From assembly GCA_032718475.1 (NCBI GenBank), contig JAUCBJ010000648.1:124001-188000 (forward strand): 64,000 nt of DNA. The letters run 5' to 3'. Positions 1 to 12,296 of the stretch are shown here, in pieces. The first letter of the stretch is position 1. Every line of letters begins with the position of its first letter. The stretch comes from Nemertoderma westbladi (taxonomy: Eukaryota; Animalia; Xenacoelomorpha). Under the pieces are notes generated by a model. The model was not told where the DNA came from. It was given only the letters and a program-made list of their open reading frames with translations, and searched no databases. The position numbers and the translations under genes are program-made.

Positions 1-3000
1 CATTTAAACCTAGGTTGTATTGAATCCCGTTAATCAAGAGATTCATTTAAACCTAGATTGTATTGAATCCCGTTAATCAAGGGATTCATTTAAACCTAGG
101 TTGTATTGAATCTCGTTAATCAAGGGATTATATTAAACCTAGGTTGTATTGAATCCTGTTAATCAAATGAGTATTTTAAACCTAGGTTGTATTGAATCCT
201 GTTAATCAAGGGTTCATTTAAACCTAGGTTGTATTGAATCCCGTTAATCAAGGGATTCATTTAAACCTAGGTTGTATTGAATCCCGTTAATCAAGGGATT
301 TATTTAAACCTAGGTTGTATTGAATCCCGTTAATCAAGGGATTTATTTAAACCTAGGTTGTATTGAATCCCGTTAATCAAGGGATTCATTTAAACCTAGG
401 TTGTATTGAATCCCGTTAATCAAGGGATTTATTTAACCCTAGGTTGTATTGAATCTCGTTAATCAAGGGATTATTTTAAACCTAGGTTGTATTGAATCCC
501 GTTAATCAAGGGATTCATTTAAACCTAGATTGTATTGAATCCCGTTAATCAAGGGATTTATTTAACCCTTGGTTGTATTGAATCTCGTTAATCAAGGGAT
601 TATTTTAAACCTAGGTTGTATTGAATCCCGTTAATCAAGGGATTCATTTAAACCTAGGTTGTATTGAATCCCGTTAATCAAGGGATTCATTTATACCTAG
701 GTTGTATTGAATCCCGTTAATCAAGGGATTCATTTAAACCTAGATTGTATTGAATCCCGTTAATCAAGGGATTTATTTAACCCTAGGTTGTATTGAATCT
801 CGTTAATCAAGGGATTATTTTAAACCTAGGTTGTATTGAATCCCGTTAATCAAGGGATTCATTTAAACCTAGGTTGTATTGAATCCCGTTAATCAAGGGA
901 TTCATTTAAACCTAGGTTGTATTGAATCCCGTTAATCAAGAGATTCATTTAAACCTAGATTGTATTGAATCCCGTTAATCAAGGGATTCATTTAAACCTA
1001 GGTTGTATTGAATCTCGTTAATCAAGGGATTATATTAAACCTAGGTTGTATTGAATCCTGTTAATCAAATGAGTATTTTAAACCTAGGTTGTATTGAATC
1101 CTGTTAATCAAGGGTTCATTTAAACCTAGGTTGTATTGAATCCCGTTAATCAAGGGATTCATTTAAACCTAGGTTGTATTGAATCCCGTTAATCAAGGGA
1201 TTTATTTAAACCTAGGTTGTATTGAATCCCGTTAATCAAGGGATTTATTTAAACCTAGGTTGTATTGAATCCCGTTAATCAAGGGATTCATTTAAACCTA
1301 GGTTGTATTGAATCCCGTTAATCAAGAGATTCATTTAAACCTAGGTTGTATTGAATCCCGTTAATCAAGGGATTCATTTAACCCTAGGTTGTATTGAATC
1401 CCGTTAATCAAGGGATTCATTTAAACCTAGATTGTATTGTATCCCGTTAATCAAGGGATTTATTTAAACCTAGGTTGTATTGAATCCCGTTAATCAAGAG
1501 ATTCATTTAAACCTAGATTGTATTGAATCCCGTTAATCAAGGGATTCATTTAAACCTAGGTTGTATTGAATCCCGGTAATCAAGGGATTCATTTAAACCT
1601 AGGTTGTATTGAATCTCGTTAATCAAGGGATTATTTTAAACCTAGGTTGTATTGAATCCCGTTAATCAAGGGATTCATTTAAACCTAGGTTGTATTGAAT
1701 CCCGTTAATCAAGGGATTATTTTAAACCTAGGTTGTATTGAATCCCGTTAATCAAGGGATTCATTTAAACCTAGATTGTATTGAATCCCGTTAATCAAGG
1801 GATTCATTTAAACCTAGGTTGTATTGAATCCCGTTAATCAAGGGATTTATTTAAACCTAGGTTGTATTGAATCCCGTTAATCAAGGGATTCATTTAAACC
1901 TAGGTTATATTGAATCCCGTTAATCAAGGGATTCATTTAAACCTAGGTTGTATTGAATCACGTTAATCAAGAGATTCATTTAAACCTAGATTGTATTGAA
2001 TCCCGTTAATCAAGGGATTCATTTAAACCTAGGTTGTATTGAATCACGTTAATCAAGAGATTCATTTAAACCTAGATTGTATTGAATCCCGTTAATCAAG
2101 GGATTCATTTAAACCTAGATTGTATTGAATCCCGTTAATCAAGGGATTCATTTAAACCTAGATTGTATTGAATCCCTTTAATCAAGGGATTCATTTAAAC
2201 CTAGGTTGTATTGAATCCCGTTAATCAAGGGATTAACTTAAACCTAGATTGTATTGAATCCCGTTAATCAAGGGATTCATTTAAACCTAGGTTGTATTGA
2301 ATCCCGTTAATCAAGGGATTATTTTAAACCTAGGTTGTATTGAATCCCGTTAATCAAGGGATTCATTTAAACCTAGATTGTATTGAATCCTGTTAATCAA
2401 GGGATTCATTTAAACCTAGGTTGTATTGAATCCCGTTAATCAAGGGATTCATTTAAACCTAGGTTGTATTGAATCCCGTTAATCAAGGGATTATTTTAAA
2501 CCTAGGTTGTATTGAATCCCGTTAATCAAGGGATTCATTTAAACCTAGGTTGTATTGAATCCAATTAATCAAGGGATTCATTTAAACCTAGGTTGTATTG
2601 AATCCCGTTAATCAAGGGATTATTTTAAACCTAGGTTGTATTGAATCCAATTAATCAAGGGATTCATTTAAACCTAGATTGTATTGAATCCCGTTAATCA
2701 AGGGATTCATTTAAACCTAGGTTGTATTGAATCCCGTTAATCAAGGGATTCACTTAAACCTAGATTGTATTGAATCCCGTTAATCAAGGGATTCATTTAA
2801 ACCTAGGTTGTATTGAATCCCGTTAATCAAGGGATTATTTTAAACCTAGGTTGTATTGAATCCCGTTAATCAAGGGATTCATTTAAACCTAGATTGTATT
2901 GAATCCTGTTAATCAAGGGATTCATTTAAACCTAGGTTGTATTGAATCCAATTAATCAAGGGATTCATTTAAACCTAGGTTGTATTGAATCCTGTTAATC

Positions 3001-5857
3001 AAGGGATTCATTTAAACCTAGATTGTATTGAATCCCGTTAATCAAGGGATTCATTTAAACCTAGGTTGTATTGAATCCTGTTAATCAAGGGATTCATTTA
3101 AACCTAGGTTGTATTGAATCCCGTTAATCAAGGGATTCACTTAAACCTAGATTGTATTGAATCCCGTTAATCAAGGGATTCATTTAAACCTAGGTTGTAT
3201 TGAATCCCGTTAATCAAGGGATTATTTTAAACATAGGTTGTATTGAATGCCGTTAATCAAGGGATTCATTTAAACCTAGATTGTATTGAATCCTGTTAAT
3301 CAAGGGATTCATTTAAACCTAGGTTGTATTGAATCCAATTAATCAAGGGATTCATTTAAACCTAGATTGTATTGAATCCCGTTAATCAAGGGATTCATTT
3401 AAACCTAGGTTGTATTGAATCCCGTTAATCAAGGGATTCACTTAAACCTAGATTGTATTGAATCCCGTTAATCAAGGGATTCATTTAAACCTAGGTTGTA
3501 TTGAATCCCGTTAATCAAGGGATTATTTTAAACCTAGGTTGTATTGAATCCCGTTAATCAAGGGATTCATTTAAACCTAGATTGTATTGAATCCTGTTAA
3601 TCAAGGGATTCATTTAAACCTAGGTTGTATTGAATCCAATTAATCAAGGGATTCATTTAAACCTAGGTTGTATTGAATCCTGTTAATCAAGGGATTCATT
3701 TAAACCTAGGTTGTATTGAATCCCGTTAAAAGGGATTCATTTAAACCTAGGTTGTATTGAATCCCGTTAATCGAGGGATTCATTTAAACCTAGGTTGTAT
3801 TGAATCCCGTTAATCAAGGGATTTATTTAAACCTAGGTTGTATTGAATCCCGTTAATCAAGGGATTATTTTAAACCTAGGTTGTATTGAATCCTGTTAAT
3901 CAAGGGATTCATTTAAACCTAGGTTGTATTGAATCCCGTTAAAAGGGATTCATTTAAACCTAGATTGTATTGAATCCCGTTAATCAAGGGATTATTTTAA
4001 ACCTAGGTTGTATTGAATCCCGTTAATCAAGGGATTCATTTAAACCTAGATTGTATTGAATCCTGTTAATCAAGGGATTCATTTAAACCTAGGTTGTATT
4101 GAATCCCGTTAATCGAGGGATTCATTTAAACCTAGGTTGTATTGAATCCAATTAATCAAGGGATTCATTTAAACCTAGGTTGTATTGAATCCCGTTTATC
4201 AAGGGATTCATTTAAACCTAGGTTGTATTGAATCCCGTTAATCAAGAGATTCATTTAAACCTAGGTTGTATTGAATCCTGTTAATCAAGGGATTCATTTA
4301 AACCTAGGTTGTATTGAATCCCGTTAATCAAGGGATTATTTTAAACCTAGGTTGTATTGAATCCCGTTAATCAAGGGATTCATTTAAACCTAGATTGTAT
4401 TGAATCCTGTTAATCAAGGGATTCATTTAAACCTAGGTTGTATTGAATCCCGTTAATCGAGGGATTCATTTAAACCTAGGTTGTATTGAATCCCGTTAAT
4501 CAAGAGATTCATTTAAACCTAGGTTGTATTGAATCCCGTTAATCAAGGGATTCATTTAAACCTAGGTTGTATTGAATCCCGTTAATCAAGAGATTCATTT
4601 AAACATAGATTGTATTGAATCCCGTTAATCAAGGGATTCATTTAAACCTAGGTTGTATTGAATCCCGTTAATCAAGGGATTCATTTAAACCTAGATTGTA
4701 TTGAATCCCGTTAATCAAGAGATTCATTTAAACCTAGATTGTATTGAATCCCGTTAATCAAGGGATTCATTTAAACCTAGGTTGTATTGAATCCCGTTAA
4801 TCAAGAGATTCATTTAAACCTAGATTGTATTGAATCCCGTTAATCAAGGGATTCATTTAAACCTAGGTTGTATTGAATCCCGTTAATCAAGGGATTTATT
4901 TAAACCTAGGTTGTATTGAATCCAATTAATCAAGGGATTCATTTAAACCCAGGTTGTATTGAATCCCGTTAATCAAGGGATTCATTTAAACCTAGGTTGT
5001 ATTGAATCCCGTTAATCAAGAGATTCATTTAAACCTAGATTGTATTGAATCCCGTTAATCAAGAGATTCATTTAAACCTAGGTTGTATTGAATCCCGTTA
5101 ATCAAGGGATTCATTTAACCCTAGGTTGTATTGAATCTCGTTAATCAAGGGATTCATTTAAACCTAGGTTGTATTGAATCCCGTTAATCAAGGGATTCAT
5201 TTAAACCTAGGTTGTATTGAATCCTCGTTAATCAAGGGATTCATTTAAACCTAGGTTGTATTGAATCCCGTTAATCAAGGGATTCATTTAAACCTAGGTT
5301 GTATTGAATCCCGTTAATCAAGGGATTCATTTAAACCTAGGTTGTATTGAATCCCGTTAATCAAGGGATTCATTTAAACCTAGGTTGTATTGAATCCCGT
5401 TAATCAAGGGATTCATTTAAACCTAGGTTGTATTGAATCCCGTTAATCAAGGGATTTATTTAAACCTAGGTTGTATTGAATCCCGTTAATCAAGGGATTC
5501 ATTTAAACCTAGGTTGTATTGAATCCCGTTAATCAAGGGATTCATTTAAACCTAGGTTGTATTGAATCCCGTTAATCAATTTAAACCTAGGTTGTATTGA
5601 ATCCCGTTAATCAAGGGATTCATTTAAACCTAGGTTGTATTGAATCCCGTTAATCAAGGGATTTATTTAAACCTAGGTTGTATTGAATCCCGTTAATCAA
5701 GGGATTCATTTAAACCTAGATTGTATTGAATCCCGTTAATCAAGGGATTCATTTAAACCTAGGTTGTATTGAATCCCGTTAATCAAGGGATTCATTTAAA
5801 CCTAGGTTGTATTGAATCGCGTTAATCAAGGGATTCATTTAAACCTAGGTTTAAATG
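1..5857. repeat. 43-bp satellite array (CATTTAAACCTAGGTTGTATTGAATCCCGTTAATCAAGGGATT), about 135 copies, runs off the window start
   Basis: Unit recurs every 43 nt (1, 44, ...). Each unit holds the palindrome AACCTAGGTT and the TGAATCCC/GGGATTCA inverted repeat. Confidence 0.98.
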
Positions 5858-5937
5858 GTTTACTCAAAAAAGCATAAAAAATTAGCAAAGCACATACTTT
5901 CTGCACCAATTAATTTACTCACTGACCAAATAACATA

Positions 5938-6211
5938 CAATAGTGAATGACTCCTGTTCTACTAACAGTGATGGAGGGTAATATTTATAATAGTTTATTG
6001 TTACTTACACTGAACTATTAACTCAATAGTGAATGACTCCTGTTCTACTAACAGTGATGGAGGGTAATATTTACAGTAGTTTATTGTTACTAACACTGAA
6101 CTATTAACTCAATAGTGAATGACTCCTGTTCTACTAACAGTGATGGAGGGTAATATTTACAGTAGTTTATTGTTACTTACACTGAACTATTAACTCAATA
6201 GTGAATGACTC
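5938..6211. repeat. 86-bp tandem triplication spanning the Ig exon 3' end and its splice donor
   Basis: CAATAGTGAATGACTCC recurs at 5938, 6024, 6110 and 6196. Confidence 0.95.
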
Positions 6212-6792
6212 CGTAATAGTTGATGAATCATAAAACGTATATTCGGCTTTAGTTGTGTAAATCCCTGAAGATCTTTTATTTATATCGATATTCCTAACTT
6301 CATCTCCACCGGTTACGAAGTCGCCACTCCAATTATAATCAACACCTATATTGCATCCATCTCCAACTGGAATCCACTTTACCTCTATTGGGTCGTTATG
6401 AACTTCCAAACTTCTATTTAATTGTATTGAATCACCTCCATCATAAGAAGTACCAGAAACTTTCAGTTCCAGATCACAATATTCTACAGTTACCGGTATC
6501 TCTGGACTTTCCATTTTCCCTTCCCCACCGTTGTTGCTGTACTGACCAGTAAACTCGCACTTATAATCACCTCCATCGTCGGCTCGTAAAGGGTCTAGTG
6601 TAAATGTTGATGAAGATGGTTCAGTAACTATAGCTGCCTCGCCAGTAACATCTTTAGTACCATCAACATACCAGGACCAACTTGGGTTTGATTTCACATT
6701 GTAATCGTCTGCCGAACATTTTAATTCCAATGTTTCGCCTTTTTTCTTTGTAATCGGAACGTTGGGGTTAATGTTTATCCTAGTCGGCAAAT
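6181..6792 (-). CDS. Internal coding exon of an immunoglobulin-superfamily protein (one canonical and one atypical Ig-like domain)
   Basis: 612-nt open exon with a minus-strand acceptor (TGTTACAG, AG at 6794-6793) and donor (GTAAGT at 6180), phase 1 at both ends. Ig motifs: LELKC, WSWYVDG, DGGDYKC. The second domain has YNWSG and SSGIYTT. Confidence 0.88.
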
Positions 6793-7067
6793 CTGTAACA
6801 ATAATATTAATTTAATATAACTTAGATGTAAAACTTTCAGATAAATATTAATGTAAAATTAATTGTCATATAATATTGTAATAGCGAGTTTTATAAACGC
6901 GAATTATTTGCCACTGTGTTTTGGTTACTTATCTGAATAAAAATTACACTGTAGTCGAAGTGGTTAAAGTAAGTTAATATAGATCAGAGGTTTCGTTTAA
7001 TAATCGAACTTTAAGCAAATCTAAGTAATACTGTAGATACAAAATAATATAAATGGTGGATGTATGG

Positions 7068-7098
<31 letters not shown>

Positions 7099-8087
7099 AA
7101 CCCACTCTTTGGTGTCCCAAATGTTTTTAGGATATAGATTATCAATTGGTGGTGATACCATAAATGCCATATTATTACAAAGTTATTTAGGTATTTTGCG
7201 GAATATTTACCCAGCGGAAGGAGTTATAAACTTATATGTTTCGTTGAAACCTCGAATAGTTTAGTGGAAACAAACGCAATTTTAGTTGACAGATTGCCTC
7301 GATTGTTGACTACAGCCGTTCCGAAATTGTCAATCATTAGGTTTAGATTTTTAGCTGAACCTTGCCATGAGATTTTATTTTCTATATTTGTTTTACTTAT
7401 TATTGGTGGTGATCACTGATCAGTCAGTTTTGTAATATTAAACAAATTGTATTACGTTTCCAATGAAATTATATTTCTGTATGTTTAGAACGTTTGTGGA
7501 GTTTAAATGATAATGGAATTAACGGGAATGCCACCAATTTTCGATCACAAAACAGCTATTCTTGAATTTAATAATAGCATTAATTATTGTGATCATATGT
7601 AGTAGGTACGTCACAAGGTTGCCTTGGATACAAAACCACGTACATTTAGCACTAAACTACCTGTTTATGTAGAACCAAGGCCATCATCGTATATATACTG
7701 TATCTGTATATATTTTGGTGAGGTGTGCCTAGGTTAAAATCTACATTAATTAATTGTCGTAGACTTTCTATTCCAATTGAATCACTCGTAACGTTTATCT
7801 GGTTCAATATGTACCACACCATGGTGTCAGACACTCTACTCCTTTACGTTTAGTATACGATTGTACTTCTAGCGGTAAAGAAAGACTATCTGAAGCGGGT
7901 CGTTAGGTCGACAACGTTTCTGTACCGTTACGTTTTCTTTCTGCCAGCCGGACTCATTCACTTTATTTACATTTAAGTAAATACACTATGCACCAATACT
8001 GCTTTACTATATTATTAGGAGCCCGCTTGACAGCGGGATACTTACTGTAAGAATCTCAGGGATACTTTCTGTAAAAATCTCAGGATA

Positions 8088-9294
8088 TGTTCGCGCTTTT
8101 AAGACCTTTGGCAGTTTAACCCGCCAAATCTATATGTCTTCTAGGTTATAAATCTACTCCAGCCTATGACAAGTATTGAACACCTATAATAATTCTAACA
8201 TTAGCCAAAGCCAGTCTGTGCGCGACCATTCACCCGCTGGATATACCCGGGAGACTGGATTTGGATGCTTTAATTTGATTGCGGTGCAGGCCTACCGTAC
8301 TATTCGATTGATCGTTAATATATAATCTCTGACGAATATTATTCACTTTCGGGAAATATTAGCAGTTCCTTTAGGACGTGGCGCTCTATCTATTTAAACA
8401 GAGCTATGACTTACACTATACACAACAGTATGTCTTATAGATCACCAAAGTGCATTCTTTAGGAAATGCTTTGTTACTCGGTCAAGCACACACAGACTAT
8501 TGCACACAACTGCACACGGAATTGCCGACATTCACTGATTTTAATCATATATAAAGAGAATAACAACCGACATTTGTAGGGCCTATTAAGTAGCATTGAA
8601 CTCACTACAAACCACGATAATGTATGTCGCAAATTGTTATATGTAACCGGTCTCTCTAACCTTAGTGTATCAAGAAGTTTGGGTTTTCGGATCGTTATCA
8701 ATATTCTTCCCAATAATAATATGTAAACGAACGATACAATTAACAACACAGTAAATAGCAGTAAATAATGCGGCGAAAAGCAGTTTACGTCAGGGTGCTT
8801 AATCAGATGCCGAGATAACAGTTTGATGATCTTATAATTAAAGACGCTCTAATGTCAGAAAACATTCCCCGGCCGGTGTTCTAGGCGTGGGGGAAACGTC
8901 AGTACTGAATCCTGTAATTCTGCTGTACAGCTTTTACACAAAGAGGGAATCTCTGATTGGTCGAATGGCAAAAAGCTCCACGTGGATACAGCTGATAGAT
9001 GTCGTCATTTTGAGCTGAGCAGAACAAAGAACCAAGGCAAGGCTCCGGGCAAGCTACACGTGTAAAGCTCAGCCGTTAGCTGTCGTCATAGTAACAACAC
9101 TGTTTCAAGAGGATCTAGGGCGTTGCGTCATAGAATTGCTAATCATGTCCTCCAAAGTACACATACAGAAGAAATAACTTTTATGTCCCCTAAAAACACC
9201 GGTACAGCAATGACACGGCCTTTTATGCCTGCTAAACAAACTACAGAGTACTTTACGGGGAAAATAACTGGGCAATTCCGCAAAAGCTTTTACA
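8088..9294 (-). repeat. 3' LTR of the BEL element (1207 bp)
   Basis: TGTTCGCG...TTTTACA, a direct repeat of 18219-19420 differing by a handful of substitutions and one 5-bp indel. Confidence 0.96.
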
Positions 9295-9302
9295 CCGCTC
9301 CC
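9295..9302 (-). promoter_or_regulatory. Polypurine tract (plus-strand primer) of the BEL element
   Basis: Minus strand reads GGGAGCGG directly before the TGTAAAAG start of the 3' LTR. Confidence 0.6.
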
Positions 9303-12296
9303 AGAAAATGGGATTTTAGTCTATAAAATATAAAAATCACAGTTTCTAAAATATAAAGATACTCTAAACAGTTAGTTTTTCTTGCGCGGACGGCGTTTAT
9401 GCAGTTTCTTGAGACTAGCAAGAGTCCTTTTCTCTTTGGGGCGAGCCACTTTACTAGGAGGGCTATAACTCCTGGGTGAAGGGTGCAATACCATTGCATC
9501 AGAAGGTTTAGGATTACGGTCAGTGTCTCGTCCATTTCGATCTGCTTCTCCTCGAGCTGATTTTCCTCCGCTTGTCGTTGGACACGCTCGTCCAAAACTC
9601 TCGCAGAGAATAGGGTTGTCTAAGCTCGATATCTTCTTAGAGATTCAAGATTTCCCAATCGAACTGAGATAAGCCAATTCGTTTACCGCTTGGACTTGCT
9701 GTTATAACTTACGTTTATCTGAACAAACGCAGGTTTCCTTTCTGATCTTTGTAGAATAGCGTTTAACTCGTTTCGTACAACGCTCTCCTTCACCTTGATG
9801 AAGGGTTGTATCGCGTTAAACTGGGACGACCATACGGTTGAATGGTGATATTAGGTGTCCGCGTCCCAATACGGCTAGGTAAGATGGGCGGCTAGCTAGA
9901 GCTCGCTGCCGGAGTGTTACCGATTAATTGTTAGGGTAGCACTAGATCTTTGAACAGTGAATACAGCTCGTGAGGATCCGGGATACCATCAGAATCGAAA
10001 GTCTGAGGTCTAATCAAGGAACGAGGTGGTCTGACCGAGTATTCCGGAACTATGATCGTAGGTTTACTCAAGGATCGTCTGAGTCGAGCGAGCGTAGGTG
10101 ATATGTCGAACAAGTTTTGGATGTTTATGTCTTTCCGTTTATTAGTTGGGTCTAGGGCATTTATCGTAATAATACCAAAGACGCACGTCTGGTAGGGGAA
10201 ACGCGGATGATATTTATTTGTTGTTACAATGCTTCTATCAAGAATTCCAAATATACGTTAGAGTTACCGCGTCCATTTGTCTCTCTAATGTCTTTTCTTT
10301 CGAGTCGATTTCGAATAGAATTTTCGCATTCGAATTTCAGTTTATCGTTCCGACTCCGCTGGGTAGGATATATGTTCGACATAGTCCGTATCGTGTGAAT
10401 CGATAGAATGGCCAATGGTTAAGAAGTCCATATACGTACTATTACAATGCGTGTAGCGAGCGGTGAATTTTCCATAGTCCAATTCACGCGTAAGTTGCTT
10501 CGAGGAAATCGTCGGTTCGATATAACGACCATCGTCCTCCGTAGTAGTTGGACTAGCGTCGCCGCGTATCAAACTATCAACAAACACTTGTAAAGGTAGA
10601 GTATATCGCTCCCTGATACCAAGACCATCTTCTATCAACTCCGTTATATCTGCTATATATGAGTTTATTAATATTATAATGAGCTTATATTAGGCTAGCG
10701 AGCGTCGCTGCCTACCCCAATCAGCCCCCGGACAGTGTACGATCCTCAGCGCAAATGTATCGTCGTCGCTGTGTTTTCCGCCAACGTGTAGCTACACAAC
10801 GACAACGACACTAGCACGAGTCACTCCACTGTCCGTCCCAAAGGCTTAGATACACTTCAGGTTCTTACTGGAGAGTTAGGGTTACTTTCACAATTGCGAC
10901 TCGCTACTGTAAACACACCTTAGTAGTAACATTCGCCTATAAACTCACAAATTCCACACACACAACTGTCACAAATTACACATACTCGGGCCATTTGTCC
11001 GTTAGTCAGTGCCTTCCAGAATGCCACGTTATTATTATGTATCCTTGGATACTAGCAATGCGCTATTTATTTCTTACTATGCAATGGGGCAAGCTTTCTA
11101 TTGTTCTTTTTAACTTGCTTCTAATTCTAGCGTGGGTGTTACTATGGTGACATTATGGAAAGCTAGCGGTAGAATTAGGGTAATTCCAATGCATACAGAT
11201 CTGGGATGCTATTTAATAGTAATTCTTTAATGGTCCAATATCTCGTTTATACATGATTTTATAAATTTTATCGGCTATTGACTCATACATGGGATATTCT
11301 CAAACTCTAACACACTTAATAGGATGAATCTCCGCTCCCGTGATCTATTAATTAATGGGATTTTGGGAATGTTATAAATTGCACAGAATGACAATTTATC
11401 AAATTCATTAAAATATGAATTTAAATTTATTCCCTGAAATTTTATTATTTGATAGTACAATTGACACAATTTGATTCCAGAGCAGGTCTGGGGACATAGG
11501 ATCCTCAATTCTATGAAAATTGTCTTTTAAGAGTATCGGTAAGTGCTACGATATCTTAATCGACTAGAATTGTTAAAGGATCTGAATTTTACAGATTTTG
11601 ATTTATAGATTTGTAAATATTAAATAATTAATATTTGAGATGGGCACCAATTTATTCCAGAACTTGTCTGGGGACGTTAACCACTAATTCTAGAATTTGT
11701 CTTTCAAGTATATCGGTGGGTGCCGCGATATCTTAATCGACTAGAATTACAGATGGTCAAAAGGTTTAACAGATTTATTTGCATTTCACGCTACTGTTAG
11801 AGGGACATCACGCTACTATATGTATTATTATATATGGTATGAGAGCAATATCGCACGAAGCAATGTCAGTGTGAAGAGGCAAGTCGTTTTCAAGGTCTAC
11901 CCAGAGCTTGGTTTAGCCGAGACACGAGGATCTGAACTTTGCATTCCTAATACTCTGCCTACCAATAATACTTGAATGTAGTAGTGGCTTTATTGTACTT
12001 TAATAAGTACGGACATTTCATCTTACTGTAGTCACGTATTTATAATATGATACGGACAGTAAGGAAAGAGAAAAAATAATTATTTCTCGCCGTCGCACTA
12101 AATATATATTATAAGTAATTACGTACGTAATAAACACTAATATATTGCACTAATCTACTAAATAATCACTAAAATAACATTCTACTAAATAAAATTAAAG
12201 AAAACGATTATAATAAAATTACATAATAATACATACATAAATATAAAATAAAAACAGATATAAAATGATATAGTCACACGCCCACTCCATATGTTA

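Noticed and set aside
1-5857. CRISPR-like palindromic repeats
   Set aside because: Units are head-to-tail with no unique spacers, there are no cas genes, and the context is eukaryotic.
7612-7705. Possible signal-peptide exon (MMALVLHKQVV...)
   Set aside because: In-frame stops and no good phase-1 donor.
8474-9326. Short ORFs duplicated at 18605-19536
   Set aside because: They lie in the LTRs, and the duplication only reflects LTR identity.
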